A DNA stretch of 61,725 nucleotides, filler included. It is 6 parts of 6 records of this genome, joined end to end, with 100 filler letters (N's around TTAATTAATTAA, not from the genome) between each part and the next. Parts side by side here need not be neighbours in the genome. Positions count along the whole stretch, not along the records: positions 1 to 13,792 come from DRR723986_8332; 5 more parts are not named here. One strand, written 5' to 3'. Below are positions 1 to 10,687 of this stretch, piece after piece (position 1 is the stretch's first letter; the number at the start of each line of letters is the position of its first letter). A program made the translations under genes and the position numbers. The notes below the pieces were generated by a model that had not been told where the DNA came from, did no database searches, and was given only the letters and a program-made list of their open reading frames with translations.

Positions 1-1
1 G

Positions 2-418
2 ATCGAAGCCTACGGTGACTTCTTCGCCCGTAAACTGGAGCGATCCTTCGCTGACGATTCCCGACCACCGCTGTCGAGGCTGGAGGCGTTTGTTCAGGAT
101 GCCAAAGCGGGCATGAAGAAATACGACTACCGGCGAGGCTGTCTGATCGGCAATCTGGGGCAGGAAATGGCGGCCCTCCCGGAGAGTTTCCGCGAGCTTT
201 TGAGCGATACTTTTCGGGATTGGGAAGCCCGGGTTGCCCGAGTTCTTCAGCAGGCCCGGCAAGCGGGGGATATCCCTCAAAGCGCGTGCTGCGAGTCGTT
301 AGCGCAGTTTTTCTGGATTGGCTGGGAGGGCGCTGTGCTCAGGGCCAAACTGGAGCAGTCAGCTCAGCCGCTGGACCGGTTTTCCCATGGATTCATGGCG
401 CTTGTACAAAGTGCCTGA
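2..418 (+). CDS. acuR: TetR-family regulator, AcuR-like (5'-truncated)
   Basis: Frame is open from nt 2 ([16 protein letters not shown]...). It contains the [10 protein letters not shown] and [13 protein letters not shown] motifs of this TetR C-terminal domain and lies directly upstream of an acuI-type gene. Confidence 0.75.
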   Translation: MEAYGDFFARKLERSFADDSRPPLSRLEAFVQDAKAGMKKYDYRRGCLIGNLGQEMAALPESFRELLSDTFRDWEARVARVLQQARQAGDIPQSACCESLAQFFWIGWEGAVLRAKLEQSAQPLDRFSHGFMALVQSA

Positions 419-465
419 GAGCTCGATACGCAAGTTCACTGATTAAACGGAGAGCGGGAGGCAAC

Positions 466-1449
466 ATGTTCAAAGCAATTCTGATTGAAGGCAGTCGGGG
501 TGATCAGCAGGTGGCCCTGAAGTCTGTTGAAGAGACCCAGTTGCCGGAAGGCGACGTCACGGTTGAAGTGGCTTACAGCACCCTGAACTATAAGGATGCG
601 CTGGCAATTACCGGCAAGGCGCCGATTGCCAAAACCTATCCCATGGTGCCTGGTATCGACCTCGCCGGGGTTGTGACGGAATCCGACAATCCGGATTTCA
701 AGCCCGGCGACCAGGTCGTGCTGAACGGTTGGGGTGTGGGCGAAAAACACTGGGGCGGGCTGGCTGAGAAGGCACGCCTCTCCGGAGACTGGTTGATTCC
801 GTTACAAGTCCCGTTTACTCCGCGCCAGGCCATGGCCATTGGCACCGCGGGCTACACTGCCATGCTATGCGTGATCGCCCTGGAGAAGCAGGGCGTCAAG
901 CCGGATTCAGGTGACATCCTGGTAACCGGGGCAACCGGAGGTGTTGGGAGTGTGGCGGTCGCGATCCTGGCTAAACTCGGATACTCGGTGACTGCGGTAA
1001 CCGGTCGGCCCGAGGAGGAAGGGTATCTTAAGTCCCTGGGGGCGAAGCAGATTCTGGATCGGGCTGAGTTGACGGAGCCCGGCAAGCCGTTGGCCCGTGA
1101 AACCTGGGCGGGGGCTATTGATGTGGCCGGCGGACAAGTGTTGGCGAATGTCTGTGCGGCCATGAAGTATCGCGGTGTTGTTGCTGCCTGTGGTCTGGCG
1201 GCAGGGATGGACTTTCCGGCTACAGTCGCTCCGTTCATTCTTCGAGGCGTGACCTTGTGCGGTGTTGATAGTGTTATGGCTCCGAAAGCTGATCGCCTGT
1301 ACGCCTGGAAGCGTCTGGCCGAGGACCTGTCCCCGGAGCTCCTGGACAGCATGATTACCGAGGTGTCCTTTGACGATGCTATCGGTGCCGCCGGACAGTT
1401 GCTCGAGGGCAAGTTGCGGGGCCGCGTGGTGATTCCGGTCGCCGGTTAA
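466..1449 (+). CDS. acuI: Acrylyl-CoA reductase AcuI / YhdH-family MDR oxidoreductase
   Basis: GGGAG RBS before ATG 466 (MFKAILIE). Motifs [42 protein letters not shown]. Confidence 0.85.
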   Translation: MFKAILIEGSRGDQQVALKSVEETQLPEGDVTVEVAYSTLNYKDALAITGKAPIAKTYPMVPGIDLAGVVTESDNPDFKPGDQVVLNGWGVGEKHWGGLAEKARLSGDWLIPLQVPFTPRQAMAIGTAGYTAMLCVIALEKQGVKPDSGDILVTGATGGVGSVAVAILAKLGYSVTAVTGRPEEEGYLKSLGAKQILDRAELTEPGKPLARETWAGAIDVAGGQVLANVCAAMKYRGVVAACGLAAGMDFPATVAPFILRGVTLCGVDSVMAPKADRLYAWKRLAEDLSPELLDSMITEVSFDDAIGAAGQLLEGKLRGRVVIPVAG

Positions 1450-1489
1450 CCGGCGTTTTGAACAGACTGATAACAACAGAGGATGCAGA

Positions 1490-2068
1490 ATGTCGGACCC
1501 AAAAGAACAACCGATCAGCCGGTTTCCGGTGCCAGAGCTGGGCTCGTTGCCCAGCGATATCCGTGACCGGATTCTGAAAGTGCAAGAGAAGTCGGGGTTC
1601 ATTCCTAACGTCTTCCTGGCGCTGGCACATCGCCCCGACGAGTTCAGGGCGTTCTTCGATTACCACGATGCTCTGATGGAGAAGGAGAGCAACCTGACCA
1701 AGGCTGAACGCGAGATGATTGTGGTGGCGACCAGCAACCTGAATCAGTGCCAGTACTGCGTGGTAGCTCATGGCGCAATCTTGCGGATCCGGGAGAAAAA
1801 CCCACTGATTGCCGATCAGGTGGCGGTGAATTATCGCAAAGCGGATATCTCCGAGCGCCAGAAGGCGATGCTGGATTTTGCCGTGAAAGTGTCGCAGTCG
1901 GCCTATGCCGTGAATGAGGACGACTTTGCCACATTGCGAGCGCATGGGTTTACCGATGAGGACGCCTGGGATATTACAGGCATCACGGCCTTCTTCGGTC
2001 TGTCCAACCGCATGGCCAATGTCACCAGCATGCGGGCCAACCCGGAATTCTATTCGCTGGGGCGCTGA
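1490..2068 (+). CDS. Peroxidase-related AhpD/carboxymuconolactone decarboxylase family protein
   Basis: EREMIVVATS...NQCQYCVVAHGA CxxC motif. AGAGG RBS. Confidence 0.85.
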   Translation: MSDPKEQPISRFPVPELGSLPSDIRDRILKVQEKSGFIPNVFLALAHRPDEFRAFFDYHDALMEKESNLTKAEREMIVVATSNLNQCQYCVVAHGAILRIREKNPLIADQVAVNYRKADISERQKAMLDFAVKVSQSAYAVNEDDFATLRAHGFTDEDAWDITGITAFFGLSNRMANVTSMRANPEFYSLGR

Positions 2069-2080
2069 GTGCAGGGGCGT

Positions 2081-4189
2081 TTACGCCCCTGCTGCATCTG
2101 TGGCCAGAATCCGCGCCTGTTTCTGCCGCTGTTTGGCCTGAACAATGGCGTCTACGCACTGATTCTGGTCCCGCAGAATCACAACGCACTCCAGGCACTG
2201 GATGCACTCGTCGTAGTCCACCCGGCCATCCTTGCGGATGGCGTTGATACCGCATTCGTTTTTGCAATGCTGGCAAGGCTGGCCACAGCGTTTGACCCTC
2301 TCCAGCCAACTGAACACTCGTAGTCGCCCCAGCACCGCCAGTCCTGCGCCCAGCGGGCACAGATAACGGCAGTAGAACTTGTGAACGAACAGGCCGATCG
2401 CCAGTAAGGCGAGGGCGTACATTACAAATGGCCAGTGCCTGACGAAATACAGAGTAATGCTGGTTTTGAACGGCTCAACTTCAGCCAGTTGCTCGGCCAG
2501 GGTCAGTGAAAAGAACGCGGTGGTCACAAGCCCGGCCAGTATCGGGTATTTCAACAGGATGAGCCGGCGGTGCCATCTCTCAGGTATTCTTATCTGCCGC
2601 AATCCGAGCCGCTGACCTATCCACGCGACCAGTTCCTGAAGTGCGCCAAACGGGCAGAGCCAGCCGCAAAAAAGCCCGCGCCCCCAGATAAACAGGGTGA
2701 CAAAGGTGTAGGTCCATAGAATGAATATCACCGGGTCCAGCAGAAATACGTTCAGGGAGAAGCCATCCCAGAGAGCCAGCAACAAGGTATAGATGTTTAC
2801 GACCGATAGCTGCCCCTGGGCATAAAAGCCAATAAAGAAGAGCGTGAAGAGCAGAAAGCCCCAGCGGAAGCCGTGCACCAGCCGGGGATACCGTGTCAGG
2901 GTTTTCTGGCGCGCAAAGAACACCGTCAGTATGGTCAGGCCAGCAACCAGCAGGCTGATCTGCCACCATCGTTCTTTCCAGAGCCCAATCCAAACCGGTT
3001 GCTGGCCTTCATTAAAGTCTGGTGCCACCTCGACCGGTTCAAACAGGTCCGGGGAAAAAGTCACGGGCAGCGTGAAGCGTGCGTGGTCGGTGATCAGGTG
3101 ATTTCGTGGCGCAGTGATGTCCAGATGGAACGATGCCTCGGAACCCGGGTTGAAGCCCGCATTGCCGCCGACCCGGAACAGGTTCATGGCGGCCATATCG
3201 GGTGCGCCCGGAGCCATGATCTGTTGATTCGGTTCGAGCCAGTTCAGATCCCTCATCTCGATGGCCAGCTCATTCTGATTGAGACCGATTCGGCTGGGCG
3301 TACTGCCGGGCACAAAGGCTTCGCTGACATGAGGATATACGCCTTGTGACATCACCATAATGACTTTGCCTCGATCATTCAGGCGTTCCTGAAACGCTTT
3401 GTAGCCTTCGTCGCCAAGCAGGTTTCGCCCCACCATGGGTGAATTCACATAGGCAAAATAGATCTCTGTAAATGCCTCGCCGGATGGAGGCGACAGGTCG
3501 GTTGGGTAGTCCGTCAGCGGGCGGCCCAGCTTCGCCTCCACCTCCTGCGCTGAGAGTGTCCGCTTCTGGACGTAGCCGCGGTCCAGCAGTTGTTGCCAGG
3601 TCAGAGGCTCATAATAATCTTGTCGGGCCCTTGTGGGGGCCGCCTGGGCGAACCCTTCCAGCTTGCTTCTGGCAACTTGTAAGGCGGAGGAGAGTATCGT
3701 GTCATTGATGATCAGCACAGAAACCGTGGCCTTGCTCACACCATCAAAGTAGACCTGTTGGCCACCTGTGTCGCGACTGGAACGACTGGACGCCTGAACG
3801 ATGATCTGGTCTTTCAGGGACCGCCCTTCATACTGCGCCACAAATTCGTTCAGGGGTGCTTCGCCCAGGCCATGCAGAAAGACAGGCTCGTGATGGTGAA
3901 GCACCTCGACGCCCGTGAATCGGCCTTTGGTGTCCAGGCCGATCATCATGGTGATCGGCTTGCCCGCGAATCCCTGCAAGGTAACAAAATCGGTTGAGAC
4001 ATAGGCGTAGCCCAGCAGTTCCTGGAGCTGGTACACGGGGTAGACGGGAAAGTCCGGCAACTTGTCCTCAATGACGGTTGCTGATGGAAACAGAGACTGA
4101 ATGACGGCCCTGGGCTCCGGTGGCGGCTCAGCCGCGTAGGCAGAGGCTGTGAACACCAGTGAGAGCAAGAGCATCAGGCGCCCCACCAT
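2081..4189 (-). CDS. NosR/NirI-like membrane protein with FMN-binding domain and 4Fe-4S clusters
   Basis: Signal peptide, DGVSKATVS flavinylation-like motif, several TM helices, CGWLCP and CRYLCP motifs, C-terminal CGQPCQHCKNEC and CIQCLEC. Confidence 0.85.
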   Translation of the reverse strand: MVGRLMLLLSLVFTASAYAAEPPPEPRAVIQSLFPSATVIEDKLPDFPVYPVYQLQELLGYAYVSTDFVTLQGFAGKPITMMIGLDTKGRFTGVEVLHHHEPVFLHGLGEAPLNEFVAQYEGRSLKDQIIVQASSRSSRDTGGQQVYFDGVSKATVSVLIINDTILSSALQVARSKLEGFAQAAPTRARQDYYEPLTWQQLLDRGYVQKRTLSAQEVEAKLGRPLTDYPTDLSPPSGEAFTEIYFAYVNSPMVGRNLLGDEGYKAFQERLNDRGKVIMVMSQGVYPHVSEAFVPGSTPSRIGLNQNELAIEMRDLNWLEPNQQIMAPGAPDMAAMNLFRVGGNAGFNPGSEASFHLDITAPRNHLITDHARFTLPVTFSPDLFEPVEVAPDFNEGQQPVWIGLWKERWWQISLLVAGLTILTVFFARQKTLTRYPRLVHGFRWGFLLFTLFFIGFYAQGQLSVVNIYTLLLALWDGFSLNVFLLDPVIFILWTYTFVTLFIWGRGLFCGWLCPFGALQELVAWIGQRLGLRQIRIPERWHRRLILLKYPILAGLVTTAFFSLTLAEQLAEVEPFKTSITLYFVRHWPFVMYALALLAIGLFVHKFYCRYLCPLGAGLAVLGRLRVFSWLERVKRCGQPCQHCKNECGINAIRKDGRVDYDECIQCLECVVILRDQNQCVDAIVQAKQRQKQARILATDAAGA

Positions 4190-4221
4190 GAGAAGTCTCC
4201 TGTGATTGTTATTGTTTCTCT

Positions 4222-4313
4222 CATGGTAGGGCGCGGCCGGTGGGGCTCAATTCAACCTCCGGGCCAAAGGTCTGCTACTTTCAGGCGGGCAAAAACGGTC
4301 CCAAAGTACCATA
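4222..4313. promoter_or_regulatory. Possible NarL/LuxR-type heptamer sites in the divergent promoter between the NosR-like gene and pqqA
   Basis: TACCATG (minus strand, 4222-4228), TACTTTC (4276-4282), TACCATA (4307-4313) and repeated CCAAAG. Short motifs, so tentative. Confidence 0.3.
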
Positions 4314-4415
4314 TGGCGTGGCAGGCACTGTGATTAGCATGAAAGTGATCGTGGGCGCTTGCCTGCGGTGCCCATAAATGCCAAGCACTAACAATCATGA
4401 CAAGAGGTGAGCATC

Positions 4416-4487
4416 ATGTGGACCAAGCCAACTTATGAAGACCTTCGCATCGGTTTTGAAGTGACTATGTACTTCGCTAACCGCTGA
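4416..4487 (+). CDS. pqqA: PQQ precursor peptide PqqA (23 aa, missing from the ORF track)
   Basis: Translates to MWTKPTYEDLRIGFEVTMYFANR with the ExxxY core. GAGG RBS. Directly upstream of pqqB. Confidence 0.97.
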   Translation: MWTKPTYEDLRIGFEVTMYFANR

Positions 4488-4493
4488 GCCACG

Positions 4494-4518
4494 AATAGCC
4501 AGCCCCCGGCTGGCTATT
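4494..4518 (+). terminator. pqqA-pqqB intercistronic stem-loop (partial terminator or mRNA stabiliser)
   Basis: Perfect 11-bp inverted repeat AATAGCCAGCC-ccc-GGCTGGCTATT. Confidence 0.7.
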
Positions 4519-4541
4519 TGCGTTCTGCTCGGGAGGTTGCC

Positions 4542-5459
4542 ATGCAGATTCGAATTCTGGGTTCAGGGGCCGGGGGCGGTTTTCCCCAGTGGAACTGTAA
4601 CTGCCGGAATTGTGCCGGTTTTCGGGCCGGTACCCTGAATGCCCGTGCCCGGACCCAGTCATCCATTGCCATCAGCGACGATGGAGAGCGTTGGATTCTT
4701 TTCAATGCCTCACCGGATATCCGGGCCCAGCTTGCTGACTTTCCAGCCATGCAGCCGGGGCGTTCTCTACGCGACACCGGAATCTCTGCCATCGTCCTGA
4801 TGGACAGTCAGGTTGATCACACCACCGGATTGCTGTCACTGCGGGAAGGGCTGCCGCTGGACGTTTGGTGTACATCGCAGGTGCACAGTGATCTGTCCAC
4901 CGGCTTCCCGCTGTTCGAGATGCTCCTGCACTGGAATGGCGGCCTCAATTGGCAAGCCATTGAGCCGAACGAAGATACGGCGTTCACGATACCGTGCGCG
5001 CCAACTCTGGCGCTAACGGCTATTCCGCTCCTGAGTAACGCTCCGCCGTATTCTCCAAGGCGAGACCAGCCGCACCCTGGCGACAATATTGGCCTATTCA
5101 TTGAAGACTCCGTCAGTGGTCAGAGCGTTCTATACGCGCCCGGCCTGGGGCAGCCGGATGACCGGATCAAAGCCTGGATGGCCCGAGCTGACGTGCTGTT
5201 GGTGGATGGTACCGTTTGGCATGATGATGAAATGATCCGCCAGGAAGTCGGCACCAAAACTGGTCAACAGATGGGGCATCTCGCGCAGGCCGGGCCGGGT
5301 GGCATGATTGAGCTGCTGGACACATTGCCGGGCGCGCGCAAGATCCTCATTCACATCAACAATACCAATCCCATCCTTGATGAGGCCTCGCCAGAGCGCG
5401 CTGAGCTTGCGGCGCATGGTATCGAGGTGGCGTGGGATGGCATGCACATACACCTGTGA
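4542..5459 (+). CDS. pqqB: PQQ biosynthesis protein PqqB
   Basis: [25 protein letters not shown] and HINNTNPIL motifs. GGAGG RBS. Confidence 0.97.
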   Translation: MQIRILGSGAGGGFPQWNCNCRNCAGFRAGTLNARARTQSSIAISDDGERWILFNASPDIRAQLADFPAMQPGRSLRDTGISAIVLMDSQVDHTTGLLSLREGLPLDVWCTSQVHSDLSTGFPLFEMLLHWNGGLNWQAIEPNEDTAFTIPCAPTLALTAIPLLSNAPPYSPRRDQPHPGDNIGLFIEDSVSGQSVLYAPGLGQPDDRIKAWMARADVLLVDGTVWHDDEMIRQEVGTKTGQQMGHLAQAGPGGMIELLDTLPGARKILIHINNTNPILDEASPERAELAAHGIEVAWDGMHIHL

Positions 5460-5467
5460 GGTCCGCC

Positions 5468-6223
5468 ATGAACGCACAAGTTACGCCTGCCCTGCATCGG
5501 GACGATTTCGAGGCCGCGCTGCGTGCCAAGGGCGGCTACTACCACATCCATCATCCATTCCACCGGGCCATGTACAGCGGTGGGTGCACGCCTGCCCAGA
5601 TCCGGGGGTGGGTGGCAAATCGTTATTACTATCAGATCAACATCCCCCAGAAGGATGCGGCCATCATGGCGAATTGCCCGGATGCCAGCGTCCGTCGTCT
5701 GTGGTTGCAGCGTATTCTGGATCACGACGGTCATGATGACGATGCCGGAGGCATTGAGGCCTGGTTGCTTCTGGCCGAAGCTGTGGGCCTGACGCGAGAG
5801 GAGGTGATTGATCAGCGGCACGTGTTACCGGGTGTCCGCTTTGCGGTCGATGCCTACCTCAACTTTGCCCGTCGGGCCACATGGCAGGAGGCTGCCTGTT
5901 CCTCGCTGACCGAGCTGTTCGCGCCGGAAATTCATCAGTCCCGTCTGGACAGCTGGCCAGATCATTATCCCTGGATTGAGGCGGAGGGTTACCGGTATTT
6001 CCGCAAACGCCTCTCTGAAGCGCGCCGGGATGTGGAGCATGGTCTGAGTATTACGCTGGATCATTTTGTCTCGGCCGCGGATCAGCAGCGAGCGTTCGAG
6101 ATCCTGCAATTCAAACTCGATATTCTCTGGACCATGCTGGATGCCATGACCATGGCGTATGTTCACGAGACACCGCCCTATCATACAGTGACAGATCAGC
6201 CGGTGTGGCATCGTGGTCTGTAA
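5468..6223 (+). CDS. pqqC: Pyrroloquinoline-quinone synthase PqqC
   Basis: [40 protein letters not shown] motifs. Confidence 0.97.
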   Translation: MNAQVTPALHRDDFEAALRAKGGYYHIHHPFHRAMYSGGCTPAQIRGWVANRYYYQINIPQKDAAIMANCPDASVRRLWLQRILDHDGHDDDAGGIEAWLLLAEAVGLTREEVIDQRHVLPGVRFAVDAYLNFARRATWQEAACSSLTELFAPEIHQSRLDSWPDHYPWIEAEGYRYFRKRLSEARRDVEHGLSITLDHFVSAADQQRAFEILQFKLDILWTMLDAMTMAYVHETPPYHTVTDQPVWHRGL

Positions 6224-6233
6224 GGAGGTAGCC

Positions 6234-6497
6234 ATGGCTCAGGTTCCCCGCTTGCGTCGAGGTTTCCGGTTTCAGTGGGAGCCGGCACAGCAAAGTCACG
6301 TTCTGTTGTATCCGGAGGGCATGGTCAAGCTTAATGGCAGCGCCGGTGCCATACTGGCGGAAGTGAACGGTTCTCGCACCAGTACCGAGATTGTCGAACT
6401 TCTGGAGCGGGCGTTTCCGGAGGCTGGTCCCCTGTCAGCCGACGTCGAGGACTTTCTCGCCGAGGCAACCCGCCAACACTGGATTGAATGGCTATGA
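6234..6497 (+). CDS. pqqD: PqqA-binding chaperone PqqD
   Basis: [23 protein letters not shown] motif. AGGAGG RBS. Confidence 0.95.
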   Translation: MAQVPRLRRGFRFQWEPAQQSHVLLYPEGMVKLNGSAGAILAEVNGSRTSTEIVELLERAFPEAGPLSADVEDFLAEATRQHWIEWL

Positions 6498-7627
6498 GTG
6501 GTGAACACGAAACGGTTGGTCACCCGCTCTGGCTGCTTGCTGAGTTGACCTACCGCTGCCCGCTCCAATGTCCCTATTGTTCCAATCCGCTGGATTATGC
6601 CGATCAGGCGCATGAGCTTTCGACGCGCCAGTGGCTGGAAGTGCTGAAGCAAGGCCGGGCAATGGGAGCTGCCCAGCTGGGCTTTTCCGGTGGCGAGCCC
6701 CTGGTGCGGCAAGACCTGCCGGAGTTGATCGCCGGCGCCCGGGGCATGGGTTACTACACCAACCTGATCACATCGGGCCTGGGACTGACGGAGGCGAAGG
6801 TTCAGGATTTTGCCGAGGCAGGGCTGGATCATATTCAGGTCAGCTTTCAGGCATCGGATCCTGAGCTCAACAATGCGCTGGCTGGCTCCAGAAAGGCCTT
6901 TGATCAGAAGCTGGCCATGGCGAGGGCGGTCAAGGCGGCGGGCTATCCGATGGTGCTCAACTTTGTGATCCATCGTCACAACATTCATCAGATGCCTGAC
7001 ATTCTTGCGCTGTGTGAGAAGCTGGGAGCCGATTATGTTGAGCTGGCCACTTGCCAATACTACGGGTGGGCGTTTGCCAACCGGGAAGGGCTGATGCCCT
7101 CGAGAGATCAATTGGTAACGGCTGAGGCCACCGTGAATCGCTACCGCACAGATCTGCTTGCGCGGGATCATCCGATGAAGGTGATCTTCGTAACACCGGA
7201 CTACTACGAAGAACGTCCAAAAGCCTGTATGAATGGCTGGGGCAGCCTGTTCCTGACCGTTGCCCCTGACGGAACGGCGCTGCCTTGTCACAGCGCCCGG
7301 CTTCTGCCGATTGAGTTTCCCAATGTGACCGAGCAGTCGCTGGAGGATATCTGGTATCGCAGTCCCGGGTTCAATCATTACCGTGGTGACCTCTGGATGC
7401 CTGAACCCTGCCGTTCCTGTGATGAAAAAGGCAAGGATTTCGGGGGGTGCCGCTGTCAGGCTTACCTGTTGACCGGGAACGCCGACAATGCCGATCCGGT
7501 TTGCGGAAAGTCACCACATCACGACCGGATCCTGGCCGCCCGAACGGCGGCCGATCACGCGACGGCTGGTCTGGAGGATCTGATCTACCGAAACGCCCGG
7601 AATTCCCGTGTCATTTGCCGGGGATGA
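6494..7627 (+). CDS. pqqE: Radical SAM PqqA peptide cyclase PqqE
   Basis: CPLQCPYC radical SAM motif and SPASM cysteines (CMNGWG, CRSC, GCRCQA). ATGA overlap with pqqD. Confidence 0.97.
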   Translation: MSGEHETVGHPLWLLAELTYRCPLQCPYCSNPLDYADQAHELSTRQWLEVLKQGRAMGAAQLGFSGGEPLVRQDLPELIAGARGMGYYTNLITSGLGLTEAKVQDFAEAGLDHIQVSFQASDPELNNALAGSRKAFDQKLAMARAVKAAGYPMVLNFVIHRHNIHQMPDILALCEKLGADYVELATCQYYGWAFANREGLMPSRDQLVTAEATVNRYRTDLLARDHPMKVIFVTPDYYEERPKACMNGWGSLFLTVAPDGTALPCHSARLLPIEFPNVTEQSLEDIWYRSPGFNHYRGDLWMPEPCRSCDEKGKDFGGCRCQAYLLTGNADNADPVCGKSPHHDRILAARTAADHATAGLEDLIYRNARNSRVICRG

Positions 7628-9431
7628 AATCCTGTCGGCCCGCACGGCGTGTCTTGAAACTCAGCAGTTTTCGGAACTGAAAGCCGACGGCGGGCTACTG
7701 TACTGGCTGGCTTCTGAACCCGGTTCCGGGCGTGTAAACCTGTGGCGCTTTGACGGCGAGCGGACACGTAGAATCGAGACCGGCAACGGTGTCGGCAGTC
7801 GCCTGAACGGATACGGTGGCGGTGCCTTTGCGGTGATGGGGCGATTCATGTGCTGGGTGGCAGAGGATCAGAGTCTCTGGCAGCTGGATCTTGGAACGGG
7901 CGTTCGGCTCAGCCTGGCCGCTCCCTCAGGGGCACGGTGGGGAGGGCTGGTGGCAGACCCCCACCGGCAGCGCTGGTTGGCCGTACGAGAATGCGGCGAT
8001 CAACAGGCCCTGGTGGCGATTGACTCGTCTGGACAGATTACGGTGCTCGACGACCGTTTTGACTTCTACAGCGCGGCGGCGCTCAGTCCGGATGGCAAGG
8101 CCTTGGCCTGGGTCAGTTGGCAGCTCCCGGACATGCCTTGGGATAGGTCCGTGTTGTGTCTGGCGCGGCTTGGTGCCAACGGCGATGTGCGGGATGCGCT
8201 GGTTGCGGAACCGCCGGGAGGCGGGTCTGTCCAGCAGCCCCAGTTCGATGATAGCCAGCTCTGGGTTCAGTCAGATCACCTTGGCTGGTGGCAGCCGTTT
8301 CGGGTGGATCGAAATCACCACTCGCTGCGTTGGACCGCAGGAACTGAGGTCATGGCCGATCACGCCAATGCGCCCTGGCAGCTCGGGGAGCAGCATAGTT
8401 GCCCCCTGTCTGGCGGGGGGTGGGGGCTGGTCCGTTATGTCAGGGGGTGGGCCGAACTCTGGATTGATCGAGACGGCTGGCGTCGCCGGGTGGCATCGTC
8501 TTACTCGGATTTCCGGTGGCTGTCTGCGTGGAATAATAGCCTCGTTTGTCTGGCCCGACGACCGGATAGCGCGGATCACATTCTCAGGATTGATCCGGAC
8601 ACCGGCAGGGAGGAGGTATTGAGTGCGGCCATTTCACCGATCGCAGAACGCGACTGGGTCTGGCCGGAGGCGGTGTGCCTGCCTCCAGATGACCAGTTTT
8701 CGTTCGAGCTGCAAAGCTTTCTGTACCGACCGGCAAAGCCAGCCAAGGCCTCACCGCTCATCATCCTGGCCCATGGCGGACCGACCTCGGCTGCCTACGC
8801 TACCTTCAATGCCCAGATACAGTTCTGGTGTCAGCACGGGTTTGCGGTAGCGGACGTGAATTACACCGGCAGCACCGGTTTTGGTCGGGCATATCGTCAG
8901 GCGCTGGCTGGCAACTGGGGACGAGCCGATGTTGCCGATGTTGTAAGGGTGAGGCATTCGCTTGGCGCCAGCCGCGGGATAGACCCTGAGCGGGTGTTTA
9001 TCCAGGGGCGCAGTTCCGGTGGCTATACCGCACTGATGGCAGCCATGCAGCCGGGACAGTCATTTCGTGGTCTCGGCAGTCTGTTTGGCGTGACCGAACC
9101 GTTGAAGCTGAAGGCAGCCACCCATCGGTTTGAGTCGGGCTATCTTGACTGGTTGTTGGGCCCACCGGGTTCTCGAGGTGTTAACTGGCGTTCCCGGACA
9201 CCGGCCTTCCAGGCAGGCCGGATTGCGTGTCCGGCGCTGTTTTTTCAGGGCGGAAAGGACCGGGTGGTGGTGCCGGAGCAAACCCGGGAAATGGTGGCGG
9301 CTCTCAGAGCTGCAGGCCAGTGCGCCGAAATGGTCTGGTTTGATGAGGAGGGGCACGGTTTCCGGTCCCCGGAGAATCAGGTCACGATGCTGGACACACT
9401 ATGGCGCTTCTATCGCAGACTGGCAGAGTGA
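7608..9431 (+). CDS. pqqH: S9 prolyl-oligopeptidase family peptidase (PqqH-like)
   Basis: HGGPT, GRSSGG nucleophile, GKDRVV Asp and EGHGF His motifs. Follows pqqE as in Pseudomonas aeruginosa. Confidence 0.8.
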   Translation: MSFAGDEILSARTACLETQQFSELKADGGLLYWLASEPGSGRVNLWRFDGERTRRIETGNGVGSRLNGYGGGAFAVMGRFMCWVAEDQSLWQLDLGTGVRLSLAAPSGARWGGLVADPHRQRWLAVRECGDQQALVAIDSSGQITVLDDRFDFYSAAALSPDGKALAWVSWQLPDMPWDRSVLCLARLGANGDVRDALVAEPPGGGSVQQPQFDDSQLWVQSDHLGWWQPFRVDRNHHSLRWTAGTEVMADHANAPWQLGEQHSCPLSGGGWGLVRYVRGWAELWIDRDGWRRRVASSYSDFRWLSAWNNSLVCLARRPDSADHILRIDPDTGREEVLSAAISPIAERDWVWPEAVCLPPDDQFSFELQSFLYRPAKPAKASPLIILAHGGPTSAAYATFNAQIQFWCQHGFAVADVNYTGSTGFGRAYRQALAGNWGRADVADVVRVRHSLGASRGIDPERVFIQGRSSGGYTALMAAMQPGQSFRGLGSLFGVTEPLKLKAATHRFESGYLDWLLGPPGSRGVNWRSRTPAFQAGRIACPALFFQGGKDRVVVPEQTREMVAALRAAGQCAEMVWFDEEGHGFRSPENQVTMLDTLWRFYRRLAE

Positions 9432-9523
9432 GCCGGCCTTAGCCAAAAGGTCGATGAAGCGCTCGCCAAGTTGCGTTAATATGTCAGTTACTCCTATAAC
9501 AACAACCGTACGCGTCAGGCCCC

Positions 9524-10687
9524 ATGAGTTACGACATTTCTGCTTTGCGAAAGTTTGTCTCTCCGGAGATTGTGTTCGGCGCGGGTTCACGCCGATCGGT
9601 GGCCAATTTTGCCAGTAATTTCGGGGCGCGCCACGTGTTTCTTGTCTCGGATCCCGGTGTCCAGGCTGCCGGGTGGGTTGGTGAGATTGAAACGCTCCTG
9701 AAAGAAGCCGGCCTGGCCTGTACCACTTACACCGCAGTTTCCCCCAATCCCAAGGTGGATGAGGTGATGGCGGGCGCCGAGCAGTACCGGTCGAATGACT
9801 GTGACGTTATCGTCGCCATTGGTGGTGGCAGCCCGATGGACTGTGCCAAGGGCATCGGTATTGTCGCCACGCACGGTCGGAGCATTCTGGAGTTCGAAGG
9901 GGTGGATACCATCACCAATCCCCCTCCGCCCTTGATACTGATTCCGACGACGGCGGGAACCTCTGCCGACGTATCCCAGTTTGCGATCATTTCGGACCCC
10001 AATCGGCGCTTCAAGTTTTCCATTATCAGCAAGGCGGTCGTGCCGGATGTCTCTCTGATTGATCCGGGAGTCACGGAAACCATGGGTGCTTATCTGACCG
10101 CCTGCACCGGGGTGGATGCGCTGGTTCACGCCATTGAAGCATTTGTGTCTACCGGCAGCGGACCGCTCACCGACACGCACGCTCTCGAAGCCATCCGACT
10201 GATCAACCGGAACCTGGAGCCATTGGTTGCCAACCCGGCGGATCCGGTATTGCGCGAGCAGATCATGCTGGCCTCCATGCAGGCGGGCCTGGCCTTTTCA
10301 AATGCCATTCTTGGGGCAGTACACGCCATGTCGCATAGCCTCGGGGGCTTCCTGGACCTGCCCCACGGATTGTGCAACGCGCTATTGCTGGAGCACGTGG
10401 TGGCCTACAACTTCCCGTTTGCCGAAGACCGCTTCCGGCGTGTGGCGGAGGCGATGGATATTGATACCCGGGGAATGAGTAATGCCCAGGTCAAAAAACA
10501 CCTGATGGCCCGTATTGTTGCGCTCAAGAAAACCGTCGGCCTCGAAGCCCGGTTGAAAGAGCTGGGTGTGACGACATCGGATATTCCCTATCTTTCAGGC
10601 TATGCATTAAAGGACCCCTGCATACTGACCAACCCAAGGAAGTCGTCGCTTCGGGATGTTCAGGTGGTTTATGAAGAAGCCCTCTGA
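9524..10687 (+). CDS. ercA: Iron-containing alcohol dehydrogenase-like regulatory protein ErcA
   Basis: LRKFVSPEIVFG N-terminus, GGGSPMDCAK, PTTAGT, DALVHAIE and HAMSH...HG motifs. Precedes a hybrid kinase. Confidence 0.85.
   Translation: MSYDISALRKFVSPEIVFGAGSRRSVANFASNFGARHVFLVSDPGVQAAGWVGEIETLLKEAGLACTTYTAVSPNPKVDEVMAGAEQYRSNDCDVIVAIGGGSPMDCAKGIGIVATHGRSILEFEGVDTITNPPPPLILIPTTAGTSADVSQFAIISDPNRRFKFSIISKAVVPDVSLIDPGVTETMGAYLTACTGVDALVHAIEAFVSTGSGPLTDTHALEAIRLINRNLEPLVANPADPVLREQIMLASMQAGLAFSNAILGAVHAMSHSLGGFLDLPHGLCNALLLEHVVAYNFPFAEDRFRRVAEAMDIDTRGMSNAQVKKHLMARIVALKKTVGLEARLKELGVTTSDIPYLSGYALKDPCILTNPRKSSLRDVQVVYEEAL

Noticed and set aside
220-465. N-terminal extension of the acuI ORF
   Set aside because: Overlaps acuR. 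The RBS and family-typical N-terminus support ATG 466.
2081-4189. Calling this gene nosR of a denitrification cluster
   Set aside because: No nosZ, nosD or nir genes are adjacent, and the context is PQQ/alcohol oxidation.
4323-4339. Possible sigma-54 promoter (aGGCAC...TTAGC) before pqqA
   Set aside because: GG-to-GC spacing is one base off the strict -24/-12 requirement.
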